A DNA stretch of 64,000 bases from an uncultured virus (IMG/VR IMGVR_UViG_3300013728_000001) (taxonomy: Duplodnaviria > Heunggongvirae > Uroviricota > Caudoviricetes): IMG/VR virus record IMGVR_UViG_3300013728_000001. One strand, given 5' to 3'. The notes under the pieces were generated by a model. That model was not told the DNA's origin. It did not search any database and worked only from the letters and a program-made list of their open reading frames with translations. Shown here in pieces: positions 1-9,716 of the stretch. The first letter of the stretch is position 1. Each line of letters starts with the position of its first letter. A program made the translations under genes and the position numbers.

Positions 1-100
1 GTCAGTAGCTGAACAGGAGGGACAGCTGATAGAAACAGAAGCCACGGGAGCACCTCAAAAACACCATCATACACTAAATCAGTAAGTTGGCAGCATCACC
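1..100 (-). mobile_element. IS1-family insertion sequence, left end (partial; continues beyond the window start)
   Basis: Reverse complement reads GGTGATGCTGCCAACTTACTGATTTAGTGTATGATGGTGTTTTTGAGGTGCTC..GTGGCTTCTGTTTCTATCAGCTGTCCC, i.e. the IS1 IRL and the start of insA (GTG at 45). Confidence 0.95.
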
Positions 101-659
101 CATCTTTCCCTTTGATATGTACGTCGTAATCTATCTCATGCTGAGGAGCAAAGCTTTTATCTACTCTGGTTTGTGAAGTTGCGCTCGTTGAGCCAGCATA
201 AGATGAGCCATATTTTAGCTTCTCAGTAGTGGCTGCATAGGCAGCAATAAGAGCGTAAATAAAAGAAATGTACCACATTATAGAAAAGGCTCTCATTTCA
301 GAAAGGTTGTACCCTACAACGCTCACTTTTGTAGCATACAAAATCAGCAAAGAAGCCAAAATTAAAGTGCGTCTTTTCCATTTGGTCAAAAATTTGTGTG
401 AGTATCTAGCATAAGCACTTAGCGCAATAATGAATAGGAGGCAAGACAATAACAATACCCATAATGGAGGTGAGAGGAATCGCTTATCGAAAAAAGCAGC
501 AATCGTGAACGAAGCTCCGATAAAAAGTATAGAGGTAATATATAAACGGATGGCAACCCCTATCTTTTCACGCTTATCAAGCTTTAATAGAAGAACCGGC
601 AATATAGCCAATACGTTTATGGGCATTGTTGACAAAATAAGGATCAAGTATTCTTGCAT
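96..659 (-). pseudogene. Multi-pass membrane protein, probably 3'-truncated by IS1
   Basis: About 5 hydrophobic segments, AT-rich; the stop codon lies inside the IS1 terminal repeat. Confidence 0.6.
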
Positions 660-741
660 GCTGACACTTCCACCATTGTTCCATTTGGTTGATTTAAAAT
701 AAAATTATCTCAGCTACTACAAAATTATTTTTAGCTAGCGA

Positions 742-1074
742 TTATTTGCCGTAGAGATTAACGCAAAAAAAATCTTTGTCAGAATCTTCGTATGGTACAG
801 CCCGCGTAGCTCTGCCAAGATTTTTGAAGAAAGCTAACGCTTCGGGAAGCGTTTTGTATTCATCTTTGTAAAGGCAGAAAGAATCACTGGATGGAGTTCC
901 AATCTCATAGGCCTGTATTCTTACAAAGTATATAAATTCACTATTATCTTCTTTGTTTTTTTCTTGTCTTGGTATCACGTTATCTGAACGTTCAAAACTC
1001 AGTTCTGCTATGTACTTAAAAGTAACACCATAATTGTCCTTCGCCTGCCACTTGTTCCGTGCAATCGCGCCCAT
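742..1074 (-). CDS. Hypothetical protein
   Basis: 110-aa ORF with upstream AAGGGA RBS. Confidence 0.6.
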   Translation of the reverse strand: MGAIARNKWQAKDNYGVTFKYIAELSFERSDNVIPRQEKNKEDNSEFIYFVRIQAYEIGTPSSDSFCLYKDEYKTLPEALAFFKNLGRATRAVPYEDSDKDFFCVNLYGK

Positions 1075-1150
1075 TTGATTTCCCTTTTATTTTTCTGAGT
1101 TGGTTATAATAACCGACTGGTAGGTTTAGTCTACTGGCTTAAACCACACT

Positions 1151-1801
1151 TTATGCATTAAGTGATAACCCTGCGAGACTATACGCTTTATCCATTAGTT
1201 CTTTTTCGGTTCCGTTAAGCCTGGTGAACTCCGCTTTGCCGCCTGTTATCCCGTCCGCATGTACCGGCACCAGCCAGGGAAACTCCACACGGACGTTTTC
1301 AGGTGCGGCGTGCTGGTGGTGGTAAACGCAAAGGGGGATCTGCAGCAGGTGCGCGCCGGGTTTTGTGCGCCCCTCAATATGATGGAGGCTGATTCGCGGC
1401 GATTCCTTCCCGTGCTGCAAGCAGGCAATGCAGGGTAGCTTGCCTAACGCATCCATAACCACGCGCTCTGCTGTCGTGGGCGTTCGCCCTTTAAGCCCTT
1501 TTCCTGACGCGCTGGCGCGCGTTTGCGGCTTTGCCGTTATCCGTGCAGGCTTTTTCTCCTTTAGGCGCTCAGAAGCGCTTACAGCGCGTTTTTCTGCTTT
1601 GGCTTTTTGCTCTGCTTTCCACTCCGGGGAGCTGCGACGTTCAATCTGCCTGGCGAGCATCCTGCTGGCGCTGGCCTGCTGCTTATCGTACTGCTGCTGG
1701 CGGTACTCCGGATCGGCCTGCTTTGCCGCCTGCCTTTCACGCTGTCGCTGCTGCATTCTGGCCTGCTTTTCCCGTGCTGCCTGATACTGTAACGCTTCCA
1801 T
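1151..1801 (-). CDS. ref: Ref-family recombination enhancement HNH nuclease
   Basis: Basic/charged N-terminus, then KGRTPT..E, LPCIAC..HG, ISLHHIEGRTKPGAH, LC..HHQH motifs as in P1 Ref. Start reassigned to ATG at 1801. Confidence 0.9.
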   Translation of the reverse strand: MEALQYQAAREKQARMQQRQRERQAAKQADPEYRQQQYDKQQASASRMLARQIERRSSPEWKAEQKAKAEKRAVSASERLKEKKPARITAKPQTRASASGKGLKGRTPTTAERVVMDALGKLPCIACLQHGKESPRISLHHIEGRTKPGAHLLQIPLCVYHHQHAAPENVRVEFPWLVPVHADGITGGKAEFTRLNGTEKELMDKAYSLAGLSLNA

Positions 1802-1972
1802 AAAACACCCAATTCTAAATATTTGATTTAGAATTGTTGATCGTTTGCAAGGCGCTGTAAAGCAATATGAAATTGCCCAGTGGACAATCTGCATGCTCTG
1901 ATTTAGTAACGTGCGTGTTACCTTTCTTGCCAGAAGTGCCACACATTCAGGATTTTAAAAAAGGAGCGGAGC

Positions 1973-2422
1973 ATGTTTGTTTACCCGGTACGGCTCGTTC
2001 AGAACACGTCAGCGAGCGTATACGCTATTGCCTGCCGCGATCTGCCTTTCGTGCATGCCACAGGCGATTCGGCAGACAAAACGCTGCAGAACGCTTCTGA
2101 GGCGGTAATTCTGGCGATCAGCGCAATGATGGGAGAGCGGCGCATGGTGCCAACGGGCAGTAAGGCGCAGAGAGGGGAGCATCTGGTCAGCATCCCGGTG
2201 CTGGTGGCCATGAAAGTAGTTTTGCACAACACGATGATTGAGAAAGGCATGCGCAAAGCAGACCTGGGGCGCAGCCTAAACCTGAAGAACCCGCAGATAG
2301 AGCGGCTGCTGGATTTGCACCATTCCTCAAAGGTGGAGTTAGTTGAAAAAGCTATCCACCAGCTCGGGCGTGCAGTAAGACTCACTGCCGTTGAGGTTTA
2401 CGCTCCGAACCGGTCAGTATAG
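1973..2422 (+). CDS. HicB-like antitoxin with C-terminal HTH (no adjacent hicA)
   Basis: YPV..., RDLP...T.GD...NA.EA HicB core; RKADLGRSL...QIERLLDL.H.SK HTH tail. Confidence 0.75.
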   Translation: MFVYPVRLVQNTSASVYAIACRDLPFVHATGDSADKTLQNASEAVILAISAMMGERRMVPTGSKAQRGEHLVSIPVLVAMKVVLHNTMIEKGMRKADLGRSLNLKNPQIERLLDLHHSSKVELVEKAIHQLGRAVRLTAVEVYAPNRSV

Positions 2423-2432
2423 AGCGCTGGAA

Positions 2433-2530
2433 TGTGGGTAACTGCATATTCACATCGGTTATCCACTTATCCACCGGATAGATCCAATAATAGTACCGTA
2501 TAGATCCTTCTTTAAGATCCAACAGATCCC
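2433..2530. promoter_or_regulatory. oriR core: DnaA boxes and Dam (AGATCC) repeats
   Basis: TGTGGGTAA at 2433, tandem TTATCCAC at 2459/2467, four AGATCC repeats at about 2480-2529; same layout as P1 oriR. Confidence 0.85.
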
Positions 2531-2572
2531 CGCAGCCTTTAGCCTTACTGCCACAAGGGATTAGAAGGGGTC

Positions 2573-2678
2573 AGGGTGTGCCGTGAGGGGAAAAAGGTGT
2601 GCCGTGGGGGGATGAAAGGTGTGCTGTGGGGGGAGAAAGGTGTGCTGTGAGGGGAAAAAGGTGTGCTATGAGGGGAAA
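2573..2678 (+). repeat. Five origin iterons (incC-like), AGGTGTGCYRTGRGGGG
   Basis: Direct repeats at 2575, 2596, 2618, 2639, 2660 (21-22 bp period) just upstream of repA. Confidence 0.92.
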
Positions 2679-2719
2679 GCATGTTATTTTCATGTATAAC
2701 TCATAATCTGTATGGCTGA

Positions 2720-3589
2720 ATGCGTAAACATATGAAAAGTAAAATGTTAATCTCTGATGTTCTTTATGCTGATACATTGAAGAAAAACAAAGAGCTCACA
2801 GTTAACCAACATAATACCGTTCAGCCGGTAGCCATAATGCGGTTAGGTGTGTTTGTACCTAAGCCAGCCAAGAATGCTGCAATAAGTCCGCTGGTAGATG
2901 CCTCTGAATTACTGAAAGGGTTATCTCTTGCACGCGCAGAAGGTTATGACAGCATTCAGATCACAGGCCCGCGTCTGGATATGGATACAGATTTTAAGGT
3001 TTGGATAGGCATTGTTCGATCTTTTCATGACCACGGTCGTCAGGGAAATTCAATTTCGTTGAAGTTTACTGAGTTTGCCCGTAATTGCGGTTTCCCTTCC
3101 AAAAAAATTGACTCTGAATTACGTGAAAACATTCATCAATCTCTGATTAAAATACGTTCCAAAACAATAGCTTTTAAGCGGGGCAAGACAGCTATTGCAG
3201 GTTATATAACGGGGCTACTAAAAAGCGGAGGGTACGATTCCTCAGAAGATACAATTGAGCTTGAGGCTGATGAAAGACTATGGGAACTGTATTACTTTGA
3301 TCATCGAGTATTGCTACAGCAGCACGCTATTAAGGCATTGCCGAAGAAAGAGATAGCGCAGGCTTTGTATACATTTATTGAAAGCCTTCCTGCTAAACCT
3401 CAGCCTGTATCTTTTGCTCGTATTCGTGACCGGCTATCACTTACAAGCCTGGTAAAAGAGCAGAACAGAATGATTAAAAACGCTGTGAAGCAGCTACAAG
3501 ACATAGGTTATCTGGAAGCATCTGTTGTAAAAGAAGGCCGGGAAAATTACGTTTTAATTCATAAACGTAACCCAAAGTTGAAGCCTTAG
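2720..3589 (+). CDS. repA: Plasmid replication initiator RepA (P1 RepA/RepFIB family)
   Basis: NTVQPVAIMRLGVFVP, EGYD.I.ITGPRLDMDTDFKVWIG and AQALYTFIESLP motifs; flanked by iterons. Confidence 0.95.
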   Translation: MRKHMKSKMLISDVLYADTLKKNKELTVNQHNTVQPVAIMRLGVFVPKPAKNAAISPLVDASELLKGLSLARAEGYDSIQITGPRLDMDTDFKVWIGIVRSFHDHGRQGNSISLKFTEFARNCGFPSKKIDSELRENIHQSLIKIRSKTIAFKRGKTAIAGYITGLLKSGGYDSSEDTIELEADERLWELYYFDHRVLLQQHAIKALPKKEIAQALYTFIESLPAKPQPVSFARIRDRLSLTSLVKEQNRMIKNAVKQLQDIGYLEASVVKEGRENYVLIHKRNPKLKP

Positions 3590-3600
3590 CCTATGACTCA

Positions 3601-4140
3601 AGGTGTGCTGTGAGGGGATAGAAGGTGGTTGGTTAAGGGAAAAAGGTGTGCTGTGGGGGGAATTTTTAGCTCGCTTCCTCCAATAATCAGATACATGATA
3701 GAAATGCGCCTGTTTTTTATACTCCGACGAGCACTTATTGATTATGATTTGCACTAAAACCTACTCGCTTCAACACATCCATCAAGCGCCTCCCCTTACA
3801 GCCCACCTTTTTCCCCTCACAGCACACCTTTATGTGATGGAACACGCAAAAAACGACACATTGGATCAACCTTAAAAAATAAATAAAAACAGTGATATAG
3901 TCAGGATAAGGTGTGCCGTGAGGGGAAGTGAAGGAGTTAACCGATAAGAGGCATTTTTGATTATTAAAAATGTAGAGAATAAGGTCGCCTAACAACAATT
4001 TCAGGCATTTAAACGCAGGTATGAGGGTGGACATGATTATGATTTGAGCTTTGGAGTAGTTTATGTGACCGCTCTCCTTTTCAATCACGCCTTTTTTCTC
4101 CTTTGAGTACTGTGGTTCCCCCCACGGCACACCTTTTTCC
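3601..4140. repeat. Downstream copy-control iterons (incA-like), both orientations
   Basis: AGGTGTGCYGTGRGGGG copies near 3601, 3644 and 3909, plus inverted copies near 3812 and 4118. Confidence 0.85.
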
Positions 4141-4282
4141 CTTTATCACCCACCATCTATGGAAAAAAACATTTTTCTATCAATATCATATGAAGCGTTT
4201 GAAAATCATAGCTGAGGGCAATCACTACACATTACCTCTGGGCTAATACTGCCGCGGCTGGTGGTGCAGAACGCTGGCAATG

Positions 4283-4793
4283 ATGTTTGCAAACATGATA
4301 GCCACCAGCATTTCGCCGGAAAGTGTTTGTAAACATGATGGACGCTGCTCAAGCACGATAAACCGCCCTGGCGCAATTGAGCTGGTACGCTCGTCAGCAT
4401 GTTTATAAACACTTTTCAGCCTGGCACCCGATCCCATCATGTTTATAAACACTGTTAGTCTATTCATGGCAACGGCTGACGCCTGCCATGAACCAGCAAC
4501 ACGGCAGCGATTGGCCGTTCAGGCCGTGAGGGCAATTTCTACACTTCTCACATTTCCACAATCGGCCCTGCCGCTGGTGGCTACCATGTTTGCAAACATC
4601 GTTAGTCTATTCATGGTAAATGTTGCTGGTTTCATGGTGAGTGTTGCTGGTTTCATGGTGGAGGCGCGCGCAGCCACCAAATGTGTTCGCAATATGTACA
4701 GATTGAGCCTGTTTACCATGAATAGACGAACATTTGCCTGCTGATTAAGCGGGCTACCATGAATAGACTAACGTTGCCATGAAACCAGCAACA
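4283..4793. repeat. Array of TGTTTRYAAACA palindromes and YGTT-N6-TTCATGG repeats; function unknown (candidate centromere)
   Basis: Palindromes at 4284, 4324, 4400, 4440, 4587. 17-mers at 4453, 4600, 4621, 4642 and inverted at about 4486, 4716, 4757, 4777. Confidence 0.75.
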
Positions 4794-4883
4794 TTAGGTG
4801 TTGTAGCCAGATAAATGCATGACACTTTAATCATTACGCCAAAAAAAACATCTTAACGTCATGCCATTACCAAAAGAGGTTAT

Positions 4884-5099
4884 ATGAAAACTATCGATAG
4901 CACTTCTGCGCATGCAGCATGGGACGCTACGATCGATACTGCGCTGAATGAGCCAGTAAAGATAACCCGGCAGGGGGAAAGCGTTGTAATGGTGTCCGGG
5001 AGCCTCTATGAGACGCTGCAGCAGCTGCTACTGGAAAAAGATATGGAGTATCTGCTGGAACGTCACGCAGGCACCTTTAAAGCGCTGGCTGACAGATAG
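4884..5099 (+). CDS. phd: Phd/YefM-family antitoxin (no doc downstream)
   Basis: MKTI...A, EPVKITRQG..VVMVS...YE and C-terminal L..R resemble P1 Phd. Confidence 0.8.
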   Translation: MKTIDSTSAHAAWDATIDTALNEPVKITRQGESVVMVSGSLYETLQQLLLEKDMEYLLERHAGTFKALADR

Positions 5100-5121
5100 A
5101 GCCTGCGCTGGCCACCAGCAT

Positions 5122-5148
5122 AAAAAAGCCGCATTTAGCGGCTTTTTT
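5122..5148. terminator. Bidirectional intrinsic terminator
   Basis: AAAAAAGCCGC-ATTTA-GCGGCTTTTTT. Confidence 0.8.
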
Positions 5149-5155
5149 GTTGGGC

Positions 5156-5377
5156 TCAGGATATGGTTTTAAGCAGTGGATAGAGCATGACATTAGAATT
5201 AACTGCTTTTCCTCTGTCGTCATATGACACCCACTGCTTTTTCTCAAATACAATGTGATAGTCACCGCGATCAATGCGTAATGGCTGCTCTTTCACGCGT
5301 GAATCCCGGAATCCTTTTGCTCTCCAGTACCCGCGCCACTTATCCAATTCAATCTTCTTTAAGCCCAAACAAATCAT
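5156..5377 (-). CDS. Hypothetical protein
   Basis: 73-aa ORF converging on the terminator. Confidence 0.45.
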   Translation of the reverse strand: MICLGLKKIELDKWRGYWRAKGFRDSRVKEQPLRIDRGDYHIVFEKKQWVSYDDRGKAVNSNVMLYPLLKTIS

Positions 5378-5459
5378 CAGAAAAATCTTATTAATTTAGA
5401 ATGGCGCGCATTCTCGCCTGAAATCATCCACTGGTCAATTCCCGGCGCTTAATCTTATA

Positions 5460-5475
5460 CTGTATTTTTATACAG
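5460..5475. promoter_or_regulatory. LexA (SOS) box
   Basis: CTG-TATTTTTATA-CAG immediately upstream of the umuD RBS. Confidence 0.9.
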
Positions 5476-5491
5476 GCAAAAGGAGGTGGAT

Positions 5492-5935
5492 ATGATGCGA
5501 TTAGAACTAATAGCCAAACCGGCACACACCGCGCCACGACAGGCGTACTTACAGTTTCTGGAGAAGGTAGCAGCAGGTTTTCCGTCGCCGGCAATAGGCT
5601 ACGAAGATACACCGCTGGATCTGAATGAGTACTGCGTCCGGGCTAAAACGGCGACTTATTTTGTCCGCTGCCAGGGCGAGTCGATGATTGATGCCGGTAT
5701 TTTTGACGGCGATTTGCTGGTGGTGGACAAGTCGCGCACGGCAGCAGACGGGCAGATCGTGATTGCCTCAGTAGACGGGGAATTTACGGTAAAAAAGCTG
5801 CAGCTGAAGCCGGAGCCAATGCTGCTGGCGATGAACCCGCGCTATAAGCCGATCCCGATTGAGCCGGAGTCACTGGAAATATGGGGCGTGGTCACTTACG
5901 TGATCCACAGTACTGACAATGTTTCTTCACAGTGA
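5492..5935 (+). CDS. umuD: DNA polymerase V subunit UmuD (S24 autoprotease)
   Basis: AAGFPSPA cleavage site, GESMIDAGI and EFTVKKL motifs; AGGAGG RBS. Confidence 0.95.
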   Translation: MMRLELIAKPAHTAPRQAYLQFLEKVAAGFPSPAIGYEDTPLDLNEYCVRAKTATYFVRCQGESMIDAGIFDGDLLVVDKSRTAADGQIVIASVDGEFTVKKLQLKPEPMLLAMNPRYKPIPIEPESLEIWGVVTYVIHSTDNVSSQ

Positions 5936-7184
5936 CGTTAACGCGTTCTACGTGTCCGCCGAGCTGGCATTCAGACCGGACCTGTACGGGCGCCCGGTGG
6001 TGGTGGCGACGAACAATGACGGGTGCATAGCCGCGCTAAACAAAGAGGCGAAAAACGCAGGACTGAAGCGGGGCGATCCGCTGTTTAAAATCCGCGACAC
6101 AATCCGGCGCTATGGCGTGGTGGTATTCAGCAGCAACTACACGCTGTACGACGCATTCAGTAAGCGCTTTCATTCCATTGTGGGTGAGCATGTTCCTAAC
6201 CTGGAAGCATACTCAATCGACGAGGTATTTGGCTCTCTGGATGGCATGTCAAAGCTGATGGACTATCAGGCGTTTGGAGAGGAGATCCGCCGGACCGTCA
6301 TCCAGCACACCACGATGAAGTGTGGCGTAGGGATAGCGGAAACCAAGACGCTCTGTAAGGTTGCCACGCACGCAGCAAAGACCTGGCCGAAAACAGGCGG
6401 CGTGGTAGTGCTGACCGACCCGGCGCGGCGTGACAAGCTGCTGTCGCTGCTGGACGTGTCCGAAACGTGGGGAGTAGGGAGCCGGATAGCCGCCAGGCTG
6501 CGCATGATGAACATCAAGACGATGCTCGACCTTGCCCGCGCTGATACAACCACGATCCGCAAAACGTTTAATGTGATGCTGGAGCGCACGGTAAGAGAGC
6601 TGCGCGGCGAACGCTGCTTTGAGCTCGAGGAGAACCCGCCTACGAAACAGCAAATCGTGGTGAGCCGGTCCTTTGGCAAACGCCTTACCAGCCTGGACGA
6701 AGTGAGCAACGCTGTTTGCTTCTTTGCCACCAGCGCCGGCGAAAAGCTGCGGCGTGAAAAGCAGTATTGCCGGAATATCACGGTATTCATCCAGACCAGC
6801 AAACACGATCCGAACTACCCGTATTACTCGCGCGGCGCCAGCCATTCGTTTACCACGGCCACACAGGACACGCGCGATCTGATTGATGCCGCCGTTCGCG
6901 GCCTGCGGGCTATCTGGCGCGATGGCTACCAGTATGCAAAGGCAGGCGTGATGCTGGGGGAGTTTTGCGGCTCAGAGCAGCAGTTAAACCTGTTTGATGA
7001 AGCGCCGCCGCGACCCGGCAGCGATAAGCTGATGGCTGTCATGGACAAACTGAACAGCTATCAGCGCGGCACGCTTTTTCTGGCAGGGCAGGGCGTGAAT
7101 CCGGCTTACCAGATGAAACGCGAAATGCTCTCACCGCGCTACCTCACGCGATGGGAAGAATTGCCAGTCGTGAAACTAAAATAG
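5919..7184 (+). CDS. umuC: DNA polymerase V subunit UmuC (Y family)
   Basis: D.NAFYVS, SSNY.LY, YSIDE, SRSFG and C-terminal MKREMLSPRY motifs. Confidence 0.97.
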   Translation: MFLHSDVNAFYVSAELAFRPDLYGRPVVVATNNDGCIAALNKEAKNAGLKRGDPLFKIRDTIRRYGVVVFSSNYTLYDAFSKRFHSIVGEHVPNLEAYSIDEVFGSLDGMSKLMDYQAFGEEIRRTVIQHTTMKCGVGIAETKTLCKVATHAAKTWPKTGGVVVLTDPARRDKLLSLLDVSETWGVGSRIAARLRMMNIKTMLDLARADTTTIRKTFNVMLERTVRELRGERCFELEENPPTKQQIVVSRSFGKRLTSLDEVSNAVCFFATSAGEKLRREKQYCRNITVFIQTSKHDPNYPYYSRGASHSFTTATQDTRDLIDAAVRGLRAIWRDGYQYAKAGVMLGEFCGSEQQLNLFDEAPPRPGSDKLMAVMDKLNSYQRGTLFLAGQGVNPAYQMKREMLSPRYLTRWEELPVVKLK

Positions 7185-7369
7185 CCGGGATTAATCCCTG
7201 GAATTACAGTAATTTAGGTTAAGTGTATTCAGCCATTATGTTATTCCGATTTATTTGCTGAAAGAGCCGATCAAATGTTGATCACCTTTTAGAATGTGCA
7301 TACAATCAGAAAAAACTGAAAACGTACATTTTGAGTGCGTTAATTTTCCGGACAGGGAGTTTTACGGAT

Positions 7370-7507
7370 ATGGCTGATATTTTATACACTGCGATGATGG
7401 GCTTTTATGCGCTGCTGGCGCTGGCTTCTTCTGTAGTTATGTGCCGATTACCCGGCATGATCAAAGCATTTGATGCCGAAGTAGCAAAAAATAACCTGTC
7501 TGCCTGA
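7370..7507 (+). CDS. Small putative membrane peptide (45 aa)
   Basis: Read manually: MADILYTAMMGFYALLALASSVVMCRLPG...; GGGAG upstream. Confidence 0.4.
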   Translation: MADILYTAMMGFYALLALASSVVMCRLPGMIKAFDAEVAKNNLSA

Positions 7508-7731
7508 TCACCGCTTTACACATCGCGTAACCCCTCATTTTTCTCATTCCCGGCTGGCTACACGTTGCGCCAGCCGGAAATGACGCCTCATTTCGTCAAA
7601 AAATAACACTAACAAACAAAATTAATTTAGAATCCACATTACCAATTATGAAATTGACCAGTGGATTGCAGAACTTGACCAGTAAAAGTACCTCTCTTGC
7701 TTTAAACCAGCCGGCGCTTATCGGGGCCATC

Positions 7732-7860
7732 ATGTCAGAAATTGGCAATCAGCAACCGGGTGCCACCATCAGCGCCGCACAGTTCAAAGCGATCACCAAA
7801 GCCGCTAACAAGGTTATCGACGCTTTCAGGCCCGAAACCGCTGAACAGGCTGGTGGATGA
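7732..7860 (+). CDS. Small hypothetical protein (start uncertain, 7648 or 7732)
   Basis: Stop overlaps the next start (ATGA). Confidence 0.45.
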   Translation: MSEIGNQQPGATISAAQFKAITKAANKVIDAFRPETAEQAGG

Positions 7861-8507
7861 TGAACAAACGCTTTTACATGATCTGCACCAGGGAAACCGT
7901 TGGCAGTAACGCCTCTTTCTGGTGTCACAACGGCAACGGCTACAACTCCAGCATTGATAAAGCCCATGTTTACTCACTGGAAGAAGCGCAAAGTCACTGG
8001 AACACAGGCCGGGACATAGACCAGCCCGTATGCGCTGACAGCGTTGATGCGCTGGCTATCGTCCACGTTGACCACCAGCACGTACCCTGCGAAACGATAA
8101 TAGAACCCGGCTGTCACCAGTATGTCGCCTTTAAAAAGGGGCAGTGGGACGGAAACGATCTGTACTGGCTGCGCAACGGCGCTCAGCCAACCACTGATTT
8201 TATGCAGGCGGCGTTATTCAATAAGCCCGGCGATCCGACCGAACTGGTCTGGTTGCCTTTTCACGTCGCTGATGCGGTAAAGCACCGCACATTCCCTTTA
8301 GCCATGCTCGATCATCGCCGTATGGTGCAGGCCGCTGGCCTGCGCGTTCCGGCTCACATTCAGCGCGCACGCAGACGTAAAGCCGGGACAGGTAAGGTGC
8401 GCTTCAACTGTACGGACTGCGGCCGCATTCACTGGCAGTTAAACCCCCATGAATTTGAAGGCTGCAATGATATCGGCTGCACCTCATGGAGACGTGGTTA
8501 TGCATGA
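7857..8507 (+). CDS. Conserved phage hypothetical protein, C-terminal Cys motif
   Basis: Two internally similar halves (G.Y...IDKA / G.PTTDF.QA); CxxC...C...C tail; coupled operon. Confidence 0.7.
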   Translation: MMNKRFYMICTRETVGSNASFWCHNGNGYNSSIDKAHVYSLEEAQSHWNTGRDIDQPVCADSVDALAIVHVDHQHVPCETIIEPGCHQYVAFKKGQWDGNDLYWLRNGAQPTTDFMQAALFNKPGDPTELVWLPFHVADAVKHRTFPLAMLDHRRMVQAAGLRVPAHIQRARRRKAGTGKVRFNCTDCGRIHWQLNPHEFEGCNDIGCTSWRRGYA

Positions 8508-9414
8508 ACTCCCAGTTTCTCCAGAGCGCGAGCCGCTGGTGGTGAGCTTTTCAGGCGGGCAGTCATCAGCGTTTATGTGCGACTTTCTGATACAGAATTA
8601 TGCAGATGCGTTCGACTTTTACTTTGTCTTTGCCAATACAGGCCGAGAGCACCCTGAAACGCTCATATTTGCCGACAAGGTAGATAAGCTGTTTGGCCTT
8701 AACCTGATATGGCTGGAGGGAATTACCAGCCCAATACACGGCACTGGCATGACTTACAAGGTTGTGACGTTTGAGACAGCAGCACGCCATGGCGAACCTT
8801 TTGAGCAGTTCATCAGCGTGGAAGGTATTCCTAACGTTTCCCGCCAGAAGTGTAGCGACTACCTGAAAACGCAAACTATCCGCTCATGGATGCGTGCTAA
8901 TGGGCTTGCCCGCCGTGGCTGGTCTGCTAAAACGGCTATCGGTATGCGTGCTGACGAGCCACAAAGGGCAGATATGGATAAAGCCTCAACCAAACGCTAC
9001 AACCTGGTTTATCCGCTTTGCCACTGGGGCGGATTCACCAAGCGCGACGTTAACGACTTCTGGGATGACATGCCATTTAAGCTGAACATCCCGCCGCACT
9101 ATGGAAACTGCCTTACCTGCTTTAAAAAGAGCGACGCCAAGCTGTTTCTTATCGCCCACGAACACCCTGAATGGTTCTCATGGAACAACGACATGGAGAA
9201 GCGCTTTGGCAGGGTTAAAGCGGCTGAGGGGCATAGCTGGTGGCGCAGGAAGCGCGGCACCGATCAGCTGATGGAAGAGGCCGGACTGCATGACCACCAG
9301 CGCCTTATCTATCTGACTAAAACCGATCCTGACGACGGTGACGGTTGCACCTCTTCGTGCGATGCCTTCCAGAACGTCGTAGAAGATGAATTTGAAGAGG
9401 AGGGCGCAGTATGA
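8500..9414 (+). CDS. PAPS-reductase-family (PP-loop) protein
   Basis: VVSFSGGQSS PP-loop, FANTGREHP, IGMRADE, YPL, GNCxxCF and GCxxSC motifs. Confidence 0.85.
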   Translation: MHELPVSPEREPLVVSFSGGQSSAFMCDFLIQNYADAFDFYFVFANTGREHPETLIFADKVDKLFGLNLIWLEGITSPIHGTGMTYKVVTFETAARHGEPFEQFISVEGIPNVSRQKCSDYLKTQTIRSWMRANGLARRGWSAKTAIGMRADEPQRADMDKASTKRYNLVYPLCHWGGFTKRDVNDFWDDMPFKLNIPPHYGNCLTCFKKSDAKLFLIAHEHPEWFSWNNDMEKRFGRVKAAEGHSWWRRKRGTDQLMEEAGLHDHQRLIYLTKTDPDDGDGCTSSCDAFQNVVEDEFEEEGAV

Positions 9415-9716
9415 GCCAGGCAGTAAAACATTACCCGATGCCGGTTGTGCCGGCGGAGCTGGTGGAGCCTTTAATCCGCTTTCTGTCCGACCGTGAGGAG
9501 CGTATCGAGTTTCCACCTCATATGTTTTCAATACTAAACGCTTTGGGGGAGGAGATCGCGCTGGCCGCACTGACTGCAAAGCCTGCCGGGTACACGATTG
9601 TTACCGGAGCAGGTAACACATTATTCAGGAAGCATAGGCCAAGACTTCGTGTAACCAACGAAGCCCCCGTGCCGGTTTATACCGCTCCACCAGCGTTAGT
9701 GAGTACCGGGCAATGA
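9411..9716 (+). CDS. Hypothetical protein
   Basis: Translationally coupled; ends in the phage-typical PVYTAPP. Confidence 0.65.
   Translation: MSQAVKHYPMPVVPAELVEPLIRFLSDREERIEFPPHMFSILNALGEEIALAALTAKPAGYTIVTGAGNTLFRKHRPRLRVTNEAPVPVYTAPPALVSTGQ

Noticed and set aside
1802..1942. N-terminal extension of the Ref ORF
   Set aside because: It spans the promoter/operator region; ATG 1801 is the better start.
2571..2777. ORFs with repeated SPHGTP/TAHL peptides (also 3554-4130)
   Set aside because: Translation artefacts of the iterons.
4283..4793. Possible CRISPR array
   Set aside because: Repeats are 12-17 bp, in mixed orientation, with irregular spacing, and there are no cas genes.
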